Source of the DNA: Eledone cirrhosa | Taxonomy: Eukaryota | Reading direction: 5' to 3' | Length of the DNA stretch: 64,000 bases | Assembly (NCBI GenBank): GCA_964016885.1 | Contig: OZ024743.1 | Location: 364,312,001 to 364,376,000, forward strand | Shown here: positions 27,616-40,630 of the stretch, piece after piece | Layout of the letters: each line of letters starts with the position of its first letter | How positions within the stretch are numbered: the first letter of the stretch is position 1 | Notes under the pieces: generated by a model | Seen by the model: the letters and a program-made list of their open reading frames with translations, nothing else | Told to the model about the DNA's origin: nothing | Databases searched by the model: none | Position numbers and translations under genes: made by a program

Positions 27616-28468
27616 TATGTATACGTACATACATATATGTGTACAGACGTACAGTAGTATGTATATATATATACATACATGCATACATATATATGTACGT
27701 ATGGATTTACCGAACATTTATTATAATGCTCGGTGTATTTGTAAACAAACATCCCGAATTAAGCCGTACAGTGTTTACCAACCATCGTTGCTCTTTTGTT
27801 CAACACTGACAAAGGAAGGATGTACTAGTTTCAAGCTTATTAGCTATCGTCAGAAACGTATACCTTCCTGCCAGATGAGTGAACGTCTGAAAGTATATAC
27901 TTTCCTTATGCATATTAACGGCTGAGCAGCCTAATTTGCATATCGAGTGAGTTAATCGGCCGGGCGCACTGAAAACGATAAACGGAAAAAAAGCATTATA
28001 ATAAATGTTCGATACGTACATATATATATATATATGTGCATGTATATATATATATACATACTACTGTACGTCTGTATACATATATGCATGTACGTATACA
28101 TACTTATATTTAAGTAACCGCCGTACTAAGAGTGAGAAATGAAATTTAGTTTCATTATTTCCGTTTATCATTTTCGGTGCGCCCGGCTGATTAACTCACT
28201 CGATATGCAAATTAGGCTGCTCAGCCGTTAATATGCATAAGGAAAGTATATACTTTCAGACGTTCAATCATCTGGCAGGAAGGTATACGGTGCTGACGAT
28301 AGCTAATAAGCTTGAAAACTAGTACATCGTTCCTTTGTCAGTGTTGAACAAAAGAGCAACGATGGTTACTAAACACTGTACGGCTTATTTTGGGATGTTT
28401 GTTTACAAACACACCGAGCATTATAATAAATGTTCGGTAAATCCATACGTACATATATATATGTGTGC

Positions 28469-28480
<12 letters not shown>
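27611..28480. mobile_element. Three-arm fold-back PLE terminus (HHR family F)
   Basis: 27611-27990 is inverted relative to both 27993-28110 and 28157-28480. Confidence 0.75.
28288..28329 (+). ncRNA. Minimal hammerhead ribozyme (family F); mirror copy at 27818-27858
   Basis: cggtg CTGACGA t-agct-aata-agct-t GAAA(a) ctag TA catcg. Confidence 0.75.
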
Positions 28481-28516
<36 letters not shown>

Positions 28517-29096
28517 GGGTGTGTATGATTGTATATAGAAGATTATATTAATAAAAGGAATTCCAACTTTGTCTGATTTACTCGTTTTATTTACAATCCT
28601 TTAAAATTATAATGATATTATGATGAAATAGTATGGTAGAATATTAAATGTTAAGTGTTAATTGAACAAGTACTTTTATGCTTTCGCAATCTTCAAGTTC
28701 ATATTCAGTGGTGACAGTCAAGTTTGCAACTTTCAACTGTAGTGAGATGGGTAAATTCTGTGCCTTATATACAGTAAAAAGGGGCTACAGAATGCTAAGT
28801 TTTGCAAACTGTATTTCGACCAATCGGTGTGTAGTTTCACTAGATTACTAAAGCTGATTCGTTTAGGCGTCACGTTTGGTTGAGAATGTCTAACGACTTC
28901 TATTTGACCCTATCCAAAGCATTAATTGTTTTGCTATTTTTAGAAATGATGAAAATAGCATTTTCTAGGGTTTTTATAAAAAATCTTCAGTAATCATTAC
29001 CATCAACATCACTTTTATTATTATTATTGTTGTTGTTGTTGTTAATGGTCGTAGGCGTAGTCATAGTAGGAGTAATACCCCTAAGCATTAATATTG

Positions 29097-31739
29097 TTAA
29101 TTTAGCTTGGGTTGGAATTTATCAATAAAATTATTTTCTTTAATTTTTCTCTTGATTTCACTTGGGCTGTGTAGTTTGTAGAATGGAAATATTATAAATA
29201 TTTTCTGACCACATGTTACTAGATGGTTACTCAGAGGTATCTGACGGACATTTGGGTCTTTGATTTGCTGTCGGTGCACTCGTGCACGCTCCGATAGTGC
29301 ATTTCCAGTTTGACCGACATATAGTTCTTCACAATTTGGGCATTTAATGCAGTAAATTGGATTTCTGCTTTTGCAGTTCATATTTGCATTTGGGAATATT
29401 TTTCCAGTTTTTGTGTTCATATATTGACGAGTGTGTATGGACTGACATGTGCCACATCGACTATCATTGCATTTAGATACAGTGAATGATTGGTCTTTGT
29501 TGTTATGGTCAAACTTTGCCTTTGTTAGTAATTGCTTCATATTTTTCGGCTGTCTTTTACTAAGAGTCAAAGATCGGTCTGTGATTAAACCTTTTAATTC
29601 ATTACTTTAAGCAATGATTGGTAGGTTTGCTTTGGCAGTGTTGAAGATATTTTGGTGACATGGGTTGTGTGTCATTATAAATGGTATGACCAGTTCTTGG
29701 TTTCTTCTTCTTTGGGTTGTCCTAAGTTGTTTATAAGTATTTCTATAGCCCGCTGTATGCCATTTTCTATAAGTAGAGATGGGTATTTTTGTTTTGGGCA
29801 AAAATTCTTTCAGTTCTGTTAGGCGTTTGTTCCTGGTATTCGTATCTTCTACAATGGTACACATTTTTCTTGCTAGGCAGTATGGGATGTTGCGTTTTGT
29901 ATGAGGTGGATGGCATGACTTAAAATTCAGATATTGATGGGTGTCTGTGTGTTTATAGTATATATCCGTGGTAATGGTGGTGTCGTCTTTGATTACCATT
30001 ATATCTAGGAATGGTAATTTGATACTACTCATCTCTTTTGTGAATTGGAGAGATGAGTGTAGGTTATTCAGGAGGATATTGAACTCATCCAAAGTATCTA
30101 TAGATTCTGTCCAGATGATGAAACAGTCGTCAAGGTATCTCTTCCAAGACTTTTCAATGTATTTTCTAAAGTCAGTGCTATATTTTTCCTCTATTTCTTG
30201 GTTCTAAGTATCCCATTACAGAGTTCGCGTAAACGGGAGCAAACTTCGTTCCCATCGCTGTGCCTCTAATTTGGATGTAATTCTTTCCATTGAAGAAGAA
30301 AGTGTTGTTTTCCAGAATAAGTTTGACTGCGTCTAATATAAATGGCGCTGTGAATCTGGTGGGAATCACTTCTCTATGTTTTTCCACCCAGTATTTAACC
30401 GCCTTTATTCCTAAATCATGTGTAATGTTGGTGCAAATAAAGGCTTACCACATCAAAACTAAGTAGAAGTGAATTCGTTTCCGTGGTTTTGGGAAGATGG
30501 GACAGGAAGTCGATATCATCCCGGATGAAACTGGGTATGTGAATACATAGTGGTTTCAAAATAATGTCAACAAAATTGCTTAGACGGTGGGTAGGGCATG
30601 TTGGACCAGCTATAATAGGTCTAAGTTTTAAGTCTTTTGGGTCTAGTAATTTAATGTACTCACTTTTTTTGTTCTTTTATTGCCAGTTGGATTTCGGCAG
30701 GCCATACAGGTTGCTGGATTTTGGCTCAAAATTGGTGATGTAGTCTCTTTCCTTATCAGTAAGTGAGTTGTAGTATTTTGAAGCCAGGTTGTTGATCTTC
30801 TTCATGTTGTTGTGGTCTATATTTGACGGTATTTCATGATAGAATGTTGTGTCTTTCAGTTGTTCCTCAACCAAATCTTTGTAGTATTCAGTATCCATTA
30901 TAACAATTGCACCCCCTTTATCTGCTTGTTTAATTATTATTGTTTTATCATTTTGTATACGTTTAAGTGCAGACATTTCCGATTTGTTAATGTTTGGCCT
31001 AACATTAGTATTACGTCTAAGAGGAAATTTAGACAGAATATCAATGTATTGGTCGAGATAGATATTACTTCTTTTGGCGGAGTGAAATTTGATTTATTCT
31101 TTACTAGTGATTCCTCACTCTCATTACTTTTATCAGTGAAGAATTCTACAAGTCGTAATTTACGACAGAATTCTTGGGTATCCTCCTTCAGTTCTTGGTG
31201 GTTGACTGTTGGAGTCGGTGTGAATTTCAGTCCTTTTGACAGAATTTGCAGAAATATGCAGAAATTTGCAGAAATATGCAGAAATATGCCGAAACACATT
31301 CGAAATGGGTGCCGTTAGAGAGAGCCATTTCGAATGTGTTTCGGCATATTTTTCGCATTTGTATGCTTTCCAGAAGTTTTGTTTTCTTATGTTAAGAAAT
31401 TTTTTCCATGTCTTCCACATTTCTTTTCTTATTCGATGTGTTTTGTTTTCCAAATTTCTTTTGTTTAGTTCTGACATCCAAGGGGGGTGTGGTAGGCTTT
31501 CTCTTGTATCTTTGATAACTGTTGGTATAATTTCAGCTAAATTCTTAATTTCAGAGTTTATATGTTCAGTTATAAGTTTTCCGTCTGTAGATTGTTTTTC
31601 TATTTCCTTTAAAATAGAGGATTGTATGTCAATCATCGTGATAAGTGTTTATAATTTCGATGATATCTCCTTTAGAATTCTTTCTGATTCTGTTGATTTC
31701 ATTTGTTGCTTTCCAGACATGTTGGCATATACACAATAG

Positions 31740-31740
<1 letters not shown>
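29097..31740 (-). pseudogene. Disrupted RT/GIY-YIG ORF of the Neptune-like PLE
   Basis: ORF pieces 31160-31636, 30937-31299, 30677-30976, 30178-30387, 29607-30092 and 29097-29570 in order, separated by frameshifts. Confidence 0.9.
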
Positions 31741-31801
<61 letters not shown>

Positions 31802-32306
31802 GGGTGTGTATGATTGTGTATAGAAGATTATATTAATAAAAGGAATTCCAACTGTGTCTAATTTACTCGTTTTATTTACAATCTTTTAAAATTATAATGA
31901 TATTATAATAAAATACTATGACTATGCCTACAACCATGTCGACTACCACCACTAACAACAACAACAACAACAACAATAATAATAATAATAATAAAAGTGA
32001 TGTTGATGGTGATGATTACTGAAGATTTTTATAAAAACCCTAGAAAATGCTATTTTCATCATTTCTAAAAATAGCAAAACAATTGATGCTTTGGATAAGG
32101 TCAAATAGAAGTCGTTAGACATGCTCAACCAAACGTGACGCCTAAACGAATCAACTTTAGTAATCTAGTGAAACTACACACCGATTGGTCGAAATACAGT
32201 TTGCAAAACTTAGCATTCTGTAGCCCCTTTTTACTGTATATAAGGCACAGAATTTACCCATCTCATTACAGTTGAAAATTGTAAACTTGACTGTCACCAC
32301 TGAATA

Positions 32307-32345
32307 TGAACTTGAAGATTGCGAAAGCATGAAAGTACTTGTTCA
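32307..32345 (+). ncRNA. Minimal hammerhead variant (U3) in the Neptune pLTR; copy 28663-28701 has GAAA>AAAA
   Basis: tgaac TTGAAGA t-tgc-gaaa-gca-t GAAA gtac TT gttca. Confidence 0.7.
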
Positions 32346-32464
32346 ATTAACACTTAACATTTAATATTCTACCATACTATTTCATTATAATATCATTATA
32401 ATTTTAAAGGATTGTAAATAAAACGAGTAAATCAGACAAAGTTGGAATTCCTTTTATTAATATA

Positions 32465-32583
<119 letters not shown>

Positions 32584-32812
32584 TATATATATACATATAT
32601 ATATATATATGCATAGAAGTTTCGTATTTCGAAAGAAATACGATTTGTATAAAGCTATGCTTGAAGCGAAATCCTATTTCTTTTCTATTATAAGTTGAGC
32701 CAATTTATGCAGCTTCATATGCAAATGAGATTAATCACCTCATTTACACAGACGAGAAAACTATATATTCTCGGCTGTTTTCAAGTCCAGCAGTCGCAGA
32801 GCAGTGGGAGGG

Positions 32813-32856
32813 ATCGTCCTGACGATGGCCAGTCAAGCCTGAAATGCATAGACGGT
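32813..32856 (+). ncRNA. Minimal type-I hammerhead ribozyme (family A copy)
   Basis: atcgtc CTGACGA tggc-cagtcaa-gcct GAAA tgca TA gacggt. Confidence 0.8.
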
Positions 32857-33281
32857 TATCCCCCTTGCTTCTGCTGCACAACACCGGAGGACGTTAGCCT
32901 CCGGTGGTCTCATAGCTACGGCTTCCTAAAATCGTATTTCTTTCGAAATACGAAATTTCTATACATATTGTATAAAGCTATGCTTGAAGCGAAATACTAT
33001 TTCTTATATATATATATATACGTACATATATATATATGTATATATGAATGTATATATAGTGTATTTTGCAATACACTGTATGCTTAATTAAAAGCATTTC
33101 GAAGACCTTACGCTATTGTTTTACAGTAGTGACAGTCTCACTCATGATTTTCAGTAAACAGGTGGAGTACCTAGCTCTGATAAATACCAATCAGTACGAA
33201 ACAGAGCTCTGTCAGCTTTATCTCCCCATACACTATATATACATTCATATATATATCACTATTCCAGAGCACCAATTCTAA

Positions 33282-33329
<48 letters not shown>

Positions 33330-33337
<8 letters not shown>

Positions 33338-33924
33338 GAGAATCCTTATAGAGCTATTTAAAATATACACAGACATGTATATAATGTGAAATGAAACTGG
33401 AAGGCCCATATATATATGTGTGTGTATGTATATATAAATGTGTGTGTGTGTATACATATATATATGTGTGTGTGTGTGTATGTATGTATGTATATATATA
33501 TATGTGGGTGTCTGTATTCTATATACACTGGTCATAGACACAGACTCACATAAATATATGCACACACACTTATATATATATATACACACAACAAATCCAC
33601 CGGCTCTCTCTCTCTCTCTCTCCCTCTCTCTCTCACTCTCTTTTCCATTTTCCTTCTCTATGTTTCTCTCTCAATCTACTCTCTCACAACCACTGTCTCT
33701 TTCTCTCTATCCTTCTCTCTCTCTATTTATGAAGGTTCTCGGAACAACCTCATATCTCGGGAACCCGTGGTTCGATTTACGCGAAACTTATTTTATTCTA
33801 TTTGTATTCCCATTTCAGGGTCAATTTTCTTTCAAAGTATTTTCCCATTATGTGCCCTTTTTGCTGTATTACATTACAGACAAGCAAGCAAATAAGCAAG
33901 CAATCACGAACTTTTAGTAATATA
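33330..33924 (-). mobile_element. Related non-autonomous Helitron segment abutting the 3' end of the large Helitron
   Basis: Shares tatctcgggaacccgtgg.tcgatttacgcgaaactt (33753 vs 34418) and tatacactgg...agaca blocks with 33995-34455. Confidence 0.55.
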
Positions 33925-36900
33925 CTAGACCACCCGTGACCCGTTGGGTCATGTTCACTTAAAAATAATTTTTAAATATAATGTAAATAATGTAAAATGT
34001 ATATAATGTAAAATGACATTGGAAATCCAATATATATATACGTGTATGTGTGTATCTGTATGTACGTGTATATATATATATATATGTGTGTGTGTGTTTG
34101 TGTGGGTGTCTGTGGCCTATATACACTGGTTACAGACACACACACACACATACATCCTGTCCTAACACAAGTTATAAGATACATATAACTTAATATTCAG
34201 TCACCAAATTCAAGCTAGATACAGTAATGCTGTATTCGATTCTTTGAAGTCACCTGTCATAATTTCATTCAACAACACCACCAGCTCTCTCCCTCTCTCT
34301 CTCACACACAACCACTATCTGCGTTTGTATTCACATTTCAATAGTACCTTACTTTCAAAGAATTTTCCCATTATGCGCTGATTTGGCTATTTATAAAGGT
34401 ACCCGAAAAAACCCGTGTATCTCGGGAACCCGTGGTCCGATTTACGCGAAACTTGTCTTTTCACTGTATTATTCACAAGTATTTTCACAAAGAAAATATC
34501 AAATCATTTTTCACTAATAGCTATCCAATCACTCCACTTCAAAATTCTTTTTTCTATATCTCTATGGATACTTGACTGTTTGTTCTGAAAGATTTTTCTG
34601 CTTAAAAAGTTGCAATGTTAATGAAAAGCTGGTTTTATTTACAAAAATTTGAAAGAAATTATTCTTACTTGTCTTAATTTTTCCTTTTCCTTTCATTTTC
34701 TGACGTCGGAATCAACATTTTCTCATATTTACGTTGTTACAGTTTGTTCAAAAGAATGCTTTTGATGACAACATTCTAAGTTGACTGGGTATCCTTCAGA
34801 AACACTCTGACATTTTCTTTTCGTTTTCCGCGGCTAAGGGTTACATACAGTTGACCGTGTTGGAATACAGGTCGTTCCAGATAAACCAAGACGTTTTCCA
34901 TAGTTTGTCCTTGTGCTTTATGAATAGTCATAGCGAAGCACGATTGAACTGGGAATTGGCTTCACTGCAAAGGGATATCCTAGATAGATTAATTCTTATT
35001 CTAGGTATCATTTCTGAAAGCAGCAGTGTTGATCCTTGCTACTATGAGATTGTCGTGCAGTTTTTCCACGATCATGCGCGTTCCATTACAAAGCCTTGGA
35101 GGATTCAAGTTTCTCATAAGAATTATTGGCGTTCTTTTTTTCAATTCCAGGTTATGTGGTGGCAGTCCTGATAGTTCAACTGAATCAAGGAATTCAGTCG
35201 AGAAATGAGTGGCATTGGCACCATCACTCACAGAATTATAGGATCGGTACTCTTTTATGGTTCCAGGGAAGCGTCTAATACAGGTGGAATTGATGCTTCT
35301 CATCATTTCATTGAGAGGTACTAAGATGCAATTGTTCGAAAACACTTCACCTGGATTATCGAATGAGGGGTAGATGAAATCAATACATTCTTCCATAGTT
35401 GTTGTTTGGAGAACTATTTCTTTTGGCAAAATAATTTCCTCATTTTCAGTTTTTTTTATCTTATCTTCTCCAATATCCAATAGGAACTGTGAATAGTCTC
35501 CTGCTCCCCCACCCAATCGCATGTTTGTCTTCAACTGAAATCTTTTGAAGCTTCGCCATAAGTAGGATTTTTTAATGCAGGCGTTTTCCACGTCCGCTTC
35601 ATTTCCTCTTTTCACTACCGGAAGAAGCTGGCGGAAATCGCCACAGCAAATTGTCAAAGTTCCACCGAATGCCTCATTGTTGTCGCATATGTCACACAGA
35701 GTGAGGTCAACAGTTCGAAGCTTTCCCTCCGAATCATAGGACACTCATCCCAAACAATCAGCCTTGTATGCTGGAAGAGGTTTGCCGTCTTTGAGTTTTT
35801 ATCAATGTTGCACAGACCATTTTCTTTCACTACTATCAATATTTTGAACCTAGAATGTGCTGTTCTTCCACCAGGCATCAGTGTTGCGGCAATGCCAGAT
35901 GACGCAACAGTAATAGCCACGTCACCGTTTCCCCTGACTTTTGAAAGAATTAAGTTAATCAGGAATGTCTTTCCTGTTCCACCTGGAGCATCAATGAAAA
36001 TCAATGCAGATGTGTTCGTCTCTAAACTGTTACAAACGAAGTCGTACACGTGTTGTTCACTATTCAATAGAGGCTCCGTCTCTTCTACAAATCGTCGCTG
36101 CTCTTCTCTGGTGTATTGCAATTCATGCAATAACTCCAAATTGCCAATATCCTGATTAGCAACAATATTATTTGGCCTTGGCAAGTTAAAGTCATTAAGA
36201 CTTTTGCCCAGGTCGTTAAGTTTGTCTTCAAAATACAGAAGACTTTGATCATAATGTCTCTCGCTAATCAAAAGGTTAGAGTTTCTGGGAGCCCTTTTTT
36301 CTATTTGAAGGTAATCCTCAGACAGCGAATGCTTAAATCGAACCCATAAAGCACTGGAATTGTCAATTTCCGTATTTGTGAGGAGCACGATGAATAGATC
36401 TCTCATGGCTTTGGGAAGCCTTGGTCGCTCAGCATCTTCCAGAGTCTGCTGCCAATGATCATCCGATTGAAGCAAACCTTTCTCTCTGCAGACGTCTTTG
36501 AATAATGGCAGGAGTTCTCCATCACACATTTTCAAAGAGTTGAAGGATACTGGCCCTTTGACGTGATGCAGAAGGAGTCTTAAATAATACAGGTCACCAC
36601 TTCGTGGAGAAACAGTGTATACTCGTCCCAAAACGTTCGCCTCAAAAATCCCTGGATACTGCTCAACTGTTTTCCCCACCTTTCTCATTTCCCATCTCTT
36701 ATTACTCCAAGTGTAAAACTTTGGCACATCGGCATAATACAATGTTTTTGCAAACGGATCGCGATCGCAAAGATCCATGAACTCAGTCAGAGTCGTCTTA
36801 GCCATGTTATTGTTTACTTTAACAGCAGCATTGACCCGAAAGAAGATTTGATTTTCCTCAGGTAGATGAACTTGAAGGCGAACTACGGCCGGTTCTCTCT

Positions 36901-37935
36901 CATGAATTGGAAATCCAAGTACCAAGGCAACAGCTTCTAAAGGACCGATATATCTTCCTGTTAAATACTGTATTATCTCATCTTCCCTGTTCACTCCAAA
37001 CATTGCCTAATCACTGCCCTTCATGGTATATTTGATAACGTATTTGATCGATTTCAAGGAAGAGCAAATCTCTACGTTTAGGTGGCAGTTGAACAGTTTT
37101 AATAGTTTCATATTGTAGGGAACCACCCATTCCGAAGTTATATTTCGGCTTCCCCTTCCTTCTTGGTGTCCCTCAAATCCTCCCATTCCTGGAGACCGTC
37201 TTCTGTACACAGGATAAGAGTCCTCTCCACACAATGTATATTCATTGAAAGGCTTAGGGTACCGCTTACTGCACGTTCCATCTTTCCAACACGGCGAATT
37301 GTTAAAGCAATTCGGACCGTGGATCATGTGCTTCAGCACCAATTCATGACCCTCTGGATCTTTGTTTGGATCTGGTATTTCGGCTTGAACAAATGTATCA
37401 TATTCCTGCGGTTTGGGCTTGGAGGCTTCATTGAGCCATAGCAAATAGTGCGCATGAGGAAGACCTCACTTTTGATATTCGACTGTCAGTACGTAAGCTA
37501 TGCACTTGCCAAATAGGCCAACTACTCCAGTAAGATATTTTCTTAACAATTTCCGCTTCAGGTCAAATACTCTGGCAATTAAATCTGGCTTGTCATGTGG
37601 CTTCTGATTCAGGAATAGGTTTTGCCGGATTTCAGGCCAGTTTGGATTGCATGTCATTGTGATGAAGAACGAAGGATTGCCGTACTTCCGTATGTACATC
37701 ATGGCATCCTGGCATCGCTCCATCATATATCTCGGTTCACCGACAAATGTGGAAGAGAGTATGATTCGCCTGCCAATATTGCGAAAATCGTCATCATCAT
37801 TCAATGCGTCAGTAAGGCCCTTGTATGTTGTAGATCGCAATGATGTTTGATTCATTCGGATGTATTGCAGTCTATCTCCTTCAATCTTCGCAGCCATGTC
37901 AACCAAATATTGCTGAAATAAACAACTTGGTCACA
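33925..37935 (-). mobile_element. Helitron with disrupted RepHel (HUH Rep + PIF1 helicase), 5' part lost
   Basis: FITMTCNPNW, VEYQK*GLPHAH, WVVPYN, APGGTGKT, GRTAHSRF, GDFRQLLP, LCNGTR; 3' hairpin tgacccaacgggtca then CTAG|T at 33925. Confidence 0.93.
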
Positions 37936-39240
37936 GAACTGGTAATTCTCCCGTTCTGCTGCCAGTTGCAGTAGACCGCTTCGAGGAGACCGGAGAACAA
38001 GTCCGGCATTGCTACATAAAATTCGTAGGGTAGACCGTCGAGACCTGGCGATTTGCGTTTGCCGTATTGGCTCAGCGCGTCCCCTATCTCAGCGGCCGAA
38101 ATCGGCCTTTCGCAGAACTTCGCCTCCCCGTCCGAGAGTCGCGGCAGGCTGTCGAGGTATGGACCGAAATCCATAGCCCCTCCCGGCGCGCCACCCTGCC
38201 CGAACAGTTGTGCAAAGTGCCGTTGAAAGGCCGCGCACATCTTCGGTTCAAGTATCACGCGTCCGTCTTGGTCCTTCAAAGACCGAATCGTGGACTTGTT
38301 GCCACTTTTCGCCTCTGTCACTCGGGCCCAGCTAACAGCTTTGGCTCCCTAGTTTTCCAGAGCACGTGTTTTACTCCTGACAACGCAGCCTTCGTGCTTT
38401 GCGTCGAAGAACTGGTTCAGGGCCGTTCTTGTCGCTAGCCCGTTAGCTACGCTGCCACTCCTAATCGCCTCTTCTACTTTATCTACTAGTTCCTTTTCAG
38501 TCTTATTCCTATCTAACGCTAGTTCTTTACTAAAGCCTATCGATTCTAATCTAATCGCTCTCTTAAGAGAGCACCACCACCTGCTGTTGACAATTGCCCC
38601 TGTCAACTGCTGCTTAATTAAGTGCTAATCCGACGACTGTATGCTTTACGTGTCGGTAACGACAGGTTCAGCTTCCAGTAGCCGGGCCCCTGCCTATGGG
38701 TTCTATCAAGGTTGACTACGCAGGTCACTAGTTTGTGATCTGAATAGGAAACCATGAACATGTGTGGACAGCTTAATATGTCTCTATCTCTATCTCTAGT
38801 TAGAAACCTATCTAAGTACAATCTAGATGTCCCGCTACGGTTCGTCCACGTCCACAGTGGCGCAGTCGGTAAATCTAGTCGGTATCTATCGGCCAGTTGA
38901 AATCGGCCGATTAACTGTTTGAAGCTGTTACACCCCCCTCTATCGTAATGGTATCGACATGCTCCCACATAATCCCAACGTGCATCTAGGATTCCATTCC
39001 AGTCCCCCACTCAAAGTCGTCGAAAATGGAGGCCAGCTGCCGCTCGCTGTGGATCTTGGACTCGCAAATGACTGCTACATCCATACTGGGCGATCTGAGG
39101 TCGTTTAAGAGTTTGCCCTGTTTCCAGGGCATCCCCAGGCCGCGCATATTCACACATCCGATTTTTATATTAGCCATGTTGGTGAGGAAGAGTTAGAAAA
39201 GAAGAAGAAAGAATTCACTTACCTCCTCGCTTCCTAGAGA
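37935..39240 (-). mobile_element. Tx1/L1-clade LINE fragment: end of ORF1, APE endonuclease and start of RT, 3'-truncated
   Basis: NMRGL, GDWN, YLDRFL, SDHKLV, GYWKLN, KSPGLDGLPYEFY in ORFs 38986-39177, 38618-39010, 38349-38606, 37899-38321. Confidence 0.88.
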
Positions 39241-39292
39241 CCAGGCTAGATAGATAGATAGATTATATACATATATATTTGTGTGTGTGTAT

Positions 39293-39545
39293 TCATATAT
39301 ATATATATATGAAAATGTCTGGCTGTATGCAGGCAACGCATTTCCACAGTTTCCATCCGATTTTGTTCAGATTTGATACACAGGTTATTTAGCTCCCAGA
39401 TCATGTCAACATATAGTTTCAATCTTGCTCTCCCCTAAAATAGCAAAGTTCTGGGTCTATTTAAAGATGGTTATGTTGAGGAGAGAGGGGCTCTTTATTT
39501 ACAGTGGCGAAAGGTGTGTCCGGCAAAGACGGGCTCTTTTGCTAG
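39293..39545 (+). mobile_element. ~250 bp non-autonomous Helitron
   Basis: TC(AT)nGAAAATGTCTGGCTG...ttccatccgattt 5' end; ccggcaaagacggg imperfect hairpin then CTAG|T. Confidence 0.65.
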
Positions 39546-39554
39546 TGTATATAT

Positions 39555-40462
39555 CTATCTAGGGCGGATAATATTCCGAGATCCACGGACGAGTTCTCTC
39601 CAGCGGTCTCTATCCTTCATCATCGCCACCATGTCCTGAGTCTCCCGGAGACCAGTGTCTGTCCTTAGGGCATCAATATGTGTCATCTTCGGTCTCCCTC
39701 TTCTAGTGTGTCCGTGTAGGGGCTCCCACATGACTACTGAGTGCAGTGCCAACTCTGAATCTCGGTGAGCATGTCCAGCTAACCTCAGTCTCCTTTGTAT
39801 TACTTTCGAGCTGACTTTTTGGAGACTCCCATACAGCTCGGAGTTCTTCATCCTCAGTGCATACTGATTAATGTTCAGAGCGATGCTCAGCATTCTCGTA
39901 TAGCACCCATCCACCATCTGAGTGAGTCTCTTGGTCAGTGTCCAAGTCTCAGATCCGTACAGCAGCACAGACTCCACTGTAGCAACGAAGAGACGGATCT
40001 TCAGGGCTTTACGAAGGTGCGACTTCCACACCGATCTCAAACTGTGGCACGCCGCCCAGGCTTTTCTCCTCCTCTCCACCACATCATCCTCTGTGTTCCC
40101 ACTCTTTGCTCCCAGATACAGGAAGTCCACAAACAATTCTAGCGGCTTACCGCCTGCATTTATAATCTGCTCTGGCTTCTTAATGTCCTCTACCAGATAC
40201 TTCGTCTTAATCTCATTCATTCTCAGCCTTACACTATTCGACACAGTCTCCACCTTCTGCATCAACTCCTCTGCCTCCTTCACTGTGTTTGTCACCAGAG
40301 CTATGTCGTCAGCAAATTCAGCATCTGATATCTTTTTAGCCTTAACTTTCCTGCTCTGAGTCAGTACTACTGTAAAGCCCGAGTCCTGGTGTTTCTCTAG
40401 TGCAAGGCGCATGCAATAGTCGACTGCGATGATAAGAAGGTAGGGAGCCGATGTATCTCCTG
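39555..40462 (-). mobile_element. RTE-clade LINE, 3' half of RT
   Basis: GDTSAPYL, FADDIAL, VLLYGSETW, RRGRP; (TAGA)-type tail. Confidence 0.9.
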
Positions 40463-40630
40463 AGTATGACATTAAACTTCATCCTGTGGCAAGGCTCAAG
40501 TTCGGGAGTTCAGAAGCTGTGCGGAATGTGGAGTTACCCCTTATTTGTTATCACTCCCAGATCTGCTTTAGCCCGGAGCAGTAGTACCTGTTAGGGCCCC
40601 ATTTATGGGTTAAACAATTACCTTAATTTA

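Noticed and set aside
27871-27906. Second hammerhead (CAGATGA...GAAA gtatatac TT)
   Set aside because: Core mismatch and no stem I; better explained as two simple hairpins
37004-37468. In-frame TGA and TAG in Helitron Rep as possible recoding or selenocysteine
   Set aside because: Single-base nonsense changes (QKRGLPH consensus) in an element that also has frameshifts
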